Below, one piece after another: positions 59,189 through 64,000 of a stretch of 64,000 nucleotides of DNA. The notes under the pieces are model-generated. The model searched no databases, was not told the origin of the DNA, and worked only from the letters and a program-made list of their open reading frames with translations. The stretch is from Alphaproteobacteria bacterium. Lineage in GTDB: Bacteria > Pseudomonadota > Alphaproteobacteria > SP197. The position numbers were made by a program, and so were the translations under genes. Within the stretch, counting starts at the first letter, position 1; every line of letters begins with the position of its first letter. Where the stretch lies: assembly GCA_965228895.1 (NCBI GenBank), contig OZ245842.1, positions 3,136,001 through 3,200,000 on the forward strand, given 5' to 3'.

Positions 59189-60754
59189 ATGAACTACCAT
59201 TCCGACACGACCCGAAGACCGTCCTGGTACATCACGACGGCGATCCCTTACGTCAATGCCGCGCCCCATATCGGCTTTGCGCTGGAGCTGGTGCAGGCCG
59301 ACTGCCTGGCGCGCTTTCATCAGGCCGCCGGCTATGACGTGCGCTTCCAGACAGGTAGCGACGAAAACAGCCTGAAGAATGTTGTCGCCGCCGAGAAGGC
59401 CGGCGTCACGGCACGCCAGCTTGTCGCCGAGAACGCGCAGCTCTTCGTGCGCCTGGGCAACGCGCTGAACACACGCGCCGACGGTTTCATCCGCACCAGC
59501 GCCGATGCGCGCCATCGCCTTGGCGTCGAAAAGCTGTGGCGCGCCGCTGACGCGCGCGGCGACATCTACAAAAAGGCCTATAGCGGCCTCTATTGCGTGG
59601 GCTGCGAACAATTCTATCGGCCCGACGACCTCGAACACGGCAGGTGTCCGGAACACGGCACCGAACCGGAGGAGGTCGAGGAAGAGAACTACTTCTTCCG
59701 ACTATCGCGCTACCGCCATGCGCTGCTTGAACGCATCACCTCTGGCGAGCTTTCGATCGAACCGGCGGGCCGCAGGAACGAAGTGCTGCGATGGCTCGAG
59801 GAAGGGCTGGATGACTTTTCGATCTCGCGGTCAAGCGAACGTGCCCATGGCTGGGGCTTGGCCGTGCCGGGCGATCCCGATCAGGTCATCTACGTCTGGT
59901 TCGATGCGCTGGGCAACTATGTCACCGCGCTCGATTACGATATCGAAGGCGGCCTTTATCAACGTTACTGGACCGGCGCCGCACAGCGCAGCCATGTTGT
60001 CGGCAAAGGCATCACTCGGTTTCACGCGATCTATTGGCCGGCCATGCTGCTGTCGGCCGGTCTGCCCTTGCCCGATCGTATTCTGGTGCACGGCTATGTC
60101 ACTGTCGAAGGCGACAAGATCGGCAAGTCGACGGGCAACGCCGTCGACCCGCTTCCGGTCATCGCCGCTTACGGCGCGGACGCGCTGCGCTACTACCTGC
60201 TGCGCCATATCCGAACCGCCGAAGACGGCGACTTCAGCCACGAGCGGCTGGCGCAAACCTATCAAACCGAGCTCGCCGGGCAATACGGCAACCTCGCCAA
60301 CCGCGTGTTGAGTTTGATCGAACGCTATGCGGATGGCGTTGTGCCCGCACGCGCCGAGAACGCCGAACCGACTGCGCTCGCCAAAGCAGTGGCGGACCTG
60401 CCGAACGCCGTTGCGGCGCATGTCGACCGGTTCTCGCTGCACGAAGCCGTGGCCGCGATCTGGGACGTCATCGGCGAGGCCAACCGCCATGTCGCCGCGA
60501 CCGAACCGTGGTCGCTGGCCAAACAGGTCGCGGCCCTCGACGACAGCACGGAGGCAAGCGCGGCGCGGCGGGCTCTCAATACCTGCTTGCACGACCTCGC
60601 CACAGCACTTGATGCCGTGGCACGTGCCTGCTGGCCGTTTCTGCCCGAGACGTCGGAAAAACTGCTGGCGCAGCTCGGCCTGACATCGGCCGTTGACCGT
60701 CGACCTCTCACGGGGCGGCGTGTGCGCTCAGGGTCGGTGTTGTTTCCGCGTTGA
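59189..60754 (+). CDS. metG: Methionyl-tRNA synthetase, short atypical form
   Basis: YITTAIPYVN..PHIGF, TGSDE, YCVGCE...CPEH knuckle, YVWFDAL.NY, GK.ITRFH, KIGKS.GN, GNL.NR. Confidence 0.93.
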   Translation: MNYHSDTTRRPSWYITTAIPYVNAAPHIGFALELVQADCLARFHQAAGYDVRFQTGSDENSLKNVVAAEKAGVTARQLVAENAQLFVRLGNALNTRADGFIRTSADARHRLGVEKLWRAADARGDIYKKAYSGLYCVGCEQFYRPDDLEHGRCPEHGTEPEEVEEENYFFRLSRYRHALLERITSGELSIEPAGRRNEVLRWLEEGLDDFSISRSSERAHGWGLAVPGDPDQVIYVWFDALGNYVTALDYDIEGGLYQRYWTGAAQRSHVVGKGITRFHAIYWPAMLLSAGLPLPDRILVHGYVTVEGDKIGKSTGNAVDPLPVIAAYGADALRYYLLRHIRTAEDGDFSHERLAQTYQTELAGQYGNLANRVLSLIERYADGVVPARAENAEPTALAKAVADLPNAVAAHVDRFSLHEAVAAIWDVIGEANRHVAATEPWSLAKQVAALDDSTEASAARRALNTCLHDLATALDAVARACWPFLPETSEKLLAQLGLTSAVDRRPLTGRRVRSGSVLFPR

Positions 60755-60769
60755 TCCGAAAACCGGAAC

Positions 60770-61561
60770 TTAAGGACTAGCCGCCATCCATTCGCTCGCC
60801 AGGCGTTGGGCTTCGGCCATCTGGTCGGAGGTCATTTCTGTGAGCACGATGTCGCGGTTGTGGGCGGCAACAGTGTCGCCCTGGGCTGCGGCGAGACCGA
60901 ACCACAGGAAGGCGCGGGCGAGATTGCGCTCCATACCGGCGCCGTCATAGTACATGACCGCCAGGCGGTGCTGGGCACCGGCATGACCTTGGTCGGCGGC
61001 GCGGCGAAACCACGTCGCGGCGATCGTGTCGTCCTGCGTCACACCGCGGCCCATGTAATGCATGTTGCCCAGATTGAACTGTGCCTTGACGTTACCCTGC
61101 CATGCGGCTTCCGAGAACCAGGTGACGGCGGCCGCGTAGTCGAGCGGCACACCCTCGCCCTTGACATACATGGTGGCGAAGTCGAATTGCGCGACGTGGA
61201 AACCCTGCTCGGCCGCACGGCCAATCCACTTCGCGGCTTCGCCGTGGTCCTGCGGCACGCCGATGCCGGCATAGTACATGACGCCGATATTGTACTGCGA
61301 CATGAAGTGGCCGCCTTCGGCCGCGCGGGCGAACCACAGTGCGGCGCTCTCGTTGTCCTGGGGCACGCCGAGGCCGTCGAAATAGAGCGCGCCGACATTG
61401 TACTGGGCTTGCGTCAGGCCTTGCTCTGCGAGCGGCATCCATGCCGCCATCGCAGCCTCGTAGTCACCGCTTTCGTATGCGCTGGTGCCGTCCTGGAGCG
61501 TGGCTTGCGCCGGCGCCGCCAGCAGCACGGTCACGACACACAACAAGGCCAGATATCGCAT
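60770..61561 (-). CDS. Exported Sel1-like repeat protein
   Basis: Five repeats of AQ.N.G.MY..G.GV.QD...A..WF.RAA.QG. Confidence 0.92.
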   Translation of the reverse strand: MRYLALLCVVTVLLAAPAQATLQDGTSAYESGDYEAAMAAWMPLAEQGLTQAQYNVGALYFDGLGVPQDNESAALWFARAAEGGHFMSQYNIGVMYYAGIGVPQDHGEAAKWIGRAAEQGFHVAQFDFATMYVKGEGVPLDYAAAVTWFSEAAWQGNVKAQFNLGNMHYMGRGVTQDDTIAATWFRRAADQGHAGAQHRLAVMYYDGAGMERNLARAFLWFGLAAAQGDTVAAHNRDIVLTEMTSDQMAEAQRLASEWMAASP

Positions 61562-61808
61562 GCCTGCCTCCGCCATGACGGCAAGCCTACGCCCGGCCAT
61601 CAAAAGCGCCGGTAACCGCCGTCACTGATCTGACATCAGCCTACGCGAAACGCGCCTTCTGGCTCAGACAATGAAATGTGACAGGGCCGCCGAGAACCCT
61701 TGTGAAACTGCCAAAAACCCGATGTCTGGCTGTCGCGGATGTGGTGCCTGAACGTCTTATTCTTGCAATGTATCTGTCATGTGGAAAACGCGTGGCACGA
61801 CTGACGGC

Positions 61809-62240
61809 TTATCTGTCGAGCTCTTGCTGGAACAAGTCCGGCCGTTCGCGTTTGGCGATGTTCATCATCGCTTCCGTTACCCTCGCCATCGCCTGCGGCT
61901 GCTGCAATCGCTGGCCGATCCGCGTAATCGTGACCACGGCACCGTCGAGTTCGCGTTGTTCAAACGCCCCGCCAAGAAAGACCCAAAAAAATCGGCCCGT
62001 CTTCACCCCGAACGTCCCACAGTTTGACACCATCACATAGATTTCCGTGTGGTACGCGATGTCTTTGTCACCTACCTGAACCCGGACGTCGGCGTCATAG
62101 GCAGCGCCCGTTTCGTACTGTTCGGGCACCTGATCAACGAGCATACCGACGAACAGACCCGCCCCCGGCAACTTCATGATGATATCTTTGCGTCGAACGG
62201 TCGCACTGAGACCGCTCATGTTGTTGTGCCCATCCGTCAT
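61809..62240 (-). CDS. Hypothetical protein
   Basis: Starts 7 nt after the upstream stop; no recognised motif. Confidence 0.55.
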   Translation of the reverse strand: MTDGHNNMSGLSATVRRKDIIMKLPGAGLFVGMLVDQVPEQYETGAAYDADVRVQVGDKDIAYHTEIYVMVSNCGTFGVKTGRFFWVFLGGAFEQRELDGAVVTITRIGQRLQQPQAMARVTEAMMNIAKRERPDLFQQELDR

Positions 62241-62247
62241 CGCCCAC

Positions 62248-62625
62248 TCACGGCACCATCACGCATTGGCCGAGCATGATCGTGTTGTAGCCGGCATCCC
62301 AGCGCGAACTGTTTAGCTCATACGGCGCGTTGCAGGCGGCATAGCCGATCTGGTTGTCGCATGACGAAAGGTTGACGATCTCGTCGGCCTGGATGGCAAC
62401 CAGTTCGAAGTTGTCACTCTGACAACTACCCAACGCACCGTCGCCGTAGCAGCACGCGTAAGCGTTGATGTCACGGTCGCAGGTGTTCTGCAGGCTGACG
62501 TTTCGTGTATGCCCGCGCAGTTCGACGCATTCAGTCGCGAACTCGTCACCGGCCGCGGCCGACCAGAGCAGTGGAACCAGAAGCGCGACAACGAGGCCGG
62601 CTACAACAAGGGTTCTCATGTGCAT
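62248..62625 (-). CDS. Exported Cys-rich hypothetical protein
   Basis: Signal peptide; 8 Cys in the mature part. Confidence 0.7.
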   Translation of the reverse strand: MHMRTLVVAGLVVALLVPLLWSAAAGDEFATECVELRGHTRNVSLQNTCDRDINAYACCYGDGALGSCQSDNFELVAIQADEIVNLSSCDNQIGYAACNAPYELNSSRWDAGYNTIMLGQCVMVP

Positions 62626-62800
62626 CTCCGTCAGGTCCTGTGCCGCGCGCCTCAGCGCAGCGGCGTCACGACGTTACGGGCGCCCTTCATCGGATGCGTT
62701 CATCATAACACAACCCCGCATATGCGGGGGTTATGGCCGTCACACATATATGGGAGATGGTTAATGGCTTAGAAGGCGGTTTTTACGGCAATTCCGACGC

Positions 62801-63166
62801 TTAGCCTTGATTCAGGCCGAGTTCGCGCTGCTTTTTTTTGGTCAGGTTTAACGACGCCAGGCGGTGGGATTCGGCGAGGTAGTCCATTAGCTCGTCGTCG
62901 GCAAGGCCGGGTTCCTCAAAGTGCTGGATCCAGCTCATGCCGCGCGAGGCGAAATAGGGTGCGGGACGCACACCCGGCTGCTGCTTCAGCATCTCATAGG
63001 CGATCTTGGAGACCTTGAACGTGAAGCGCGCGCCGTCGCCGTCGTCCCAGCCGCCGATAGCGAAGACCTTGTCGCCGACCTTCCAGACGTCGGAACCGCC
63101 CCATTGAACGACATGGCTGGTCGCCGGCAGGGAGGCGCAGAAGGTGTTGAACTCGTCATAGGTCAT
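62801..63166 (-). CDS. MmcQ/YjbR family DNA-binding protein
   Basis: FC.SLPAT.HVVQWGGSDVWKVGDKVFA, RPAPY.ASRG..W. Confidence 0.88.
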   Translation of the reverse strand: MTYDEFNTFCASLPATSHVVQWGGSDVWKVGDKVFAIGGWDDGDGARFTFKVSKIAYEMLKQQPGVRPAPYFASRGMSWIQHFEEPGLADDELMDYLAESHRLASLNLTKKKQRELGLNQG

Positions 63167-63196
63167 GATGCGTCGCCACCTTCCCCGCACCGCACC

Positions 63197-64000
63197 CTAC
63201 TGGTTGCCGCGCGCTTTCAGTTCGGCGTCGACGGCATCCATGTTCTGCTCCAAGAGGTCCGGAATATCGGCCACCGGCGGATGATCGGGATAACGCTCGT
63301 TCATGGTATCGATAATGGTCTGGCGCTCCTTGTAGCTCAACACCCGGTCCGTATTGGCCGCGGCGACCAGCGACACGAAATCTTCCAGATAAGACTTTTG
63401 CGCCGGCACCAGATCGGCGAGCGGGCCCGGCTCGCCGTGACCGGGGTATACCATGACATCGGGCTCAAAGGTCCTGGCCAGCCAGTCGAGCTGTTTGATC
63501 CAGTCCAGCACGTGACCGTCAAGCAGGAACGGCGTGCGCCCGACCGCGAAGAGGTCGCCGGCGATCAGCATGCGCCGCGAGGGTTCGTAGTAAAGCGTCA
63601 TGGTGACGGACTCGCCGTGGCCGAGCTCATAGATCTCGAACGTGAAGTCGCCGAGCGTTAGCGTTTCGCCGTCGGCGACAATACGATCGATCACCAGCGG
63701 TTCCACCGCACTGTCATCAGGGTAAAGCTCGCGGGTCAATGCGAGATGACCCTTGGTGTCATTCGCGAGTTCGTCGGCGGTGGCTTGGGAACCGATGACC
63801 GGGGCGCCGAACGCATCACGAAAGACGTTGATGCCGCCGACATGATCGGGATGGGGGTGCGTGATCAAGACACCGGCCACACGCTCGGCGCGATCACCGA
63901 CGACCTCCACGACATCGCCGGCGAGCGAGCGAAGTCTCTGGCTATCAATGATGACGACCGTGTTGCCGTCATCGAAGATATAGGTGTTGACCTCGCCATC
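63197..64000 (-). CDS. MBL-fold metallo-hydrolase (5' end beyond the window)
   Basis: NTYIF...VIID, ITHPHPDHVGG, AGDL, YPGHG. Confidence 0.85.
   Translation of the reverse strand, partial: DGEVNTYIFDDGNTVVIIDSQRLRSLAGDVVEVVGDRAERVAGVLITHPHPDHVGGINVFRDAFGAPVIGSQATADELANDTKGHLALTRELYPDDSAVEPLVIDRIVADGETLTLGDFTFEIYELGHGESVTMTLYYEPSRRMLIAGDLFAVGRTPFLLDGHVLDWIKQLDWLARTFEPDVMVYPGHGEPGPLADLVPAQKSYLEDFVSLVAAANTDRVLSYKERQTIIDTMNERYPDHPPVADIPDLLEQNMDAVDAELKARGNQ

Noticed and set aside
54900-59190. T-box or SAM riboswitch upstream of thrS/metG
   Set aside because: No T-box (UGGNACC bulge) or SAM consensus seen; the leader-peptide model explains the hairpins.
60770-61561. Periodic 108-bp repeats as a possible CRISPR or novel array
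   Set aside because: They are coding Sel1 repeats.
1-64000. tRNA, rRNA, tmRNA, integrase, transposase or phage genes
   Set aside because: None recognised by eye; covariance-model and HMM scans would be needed to exclude them fully.

Overview
GC-rich alphaproteobacterial chromosomal window (Rhodospirillales-like by gene content; inference). About 70 CDS mix housekeeping genes (prs, hldE, ubiX, purEK, def, rpsU, pntAB) with catabolic, regulatory and accessory genes. No rRNA, tRNA, CRISPR, transposase or phage genes were seen. The standout is at 54.9-60.8 kb: two atypical aminoacyl-tRNA synthetases, a ThrRS lacking the N-terminal editing domains and a short MetRS with HIGF/KIGKS signatures. Each sits behind an unannotated leader peptide rich in its cognate amino acid (TWTTTTT; MMKPHMM) with antiterminator and terminator hairpins, and each enzyme is itself strongly depleted of that amino acid. 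This looks like an inducible backup-synthetase system, including an unusual Met-sensing ribosomal attenuator. Also notable: a tandem array of four paralogous 4-Cys exported proteins, a gene flanked by a duplicated usp 3' end, an sbtA-sbtB-carbonic anhydrase unit next to a DMT remnant, an rpsU without a canonical start codon, a GANTC-dense intergenic region and several palindromic repeat elements.
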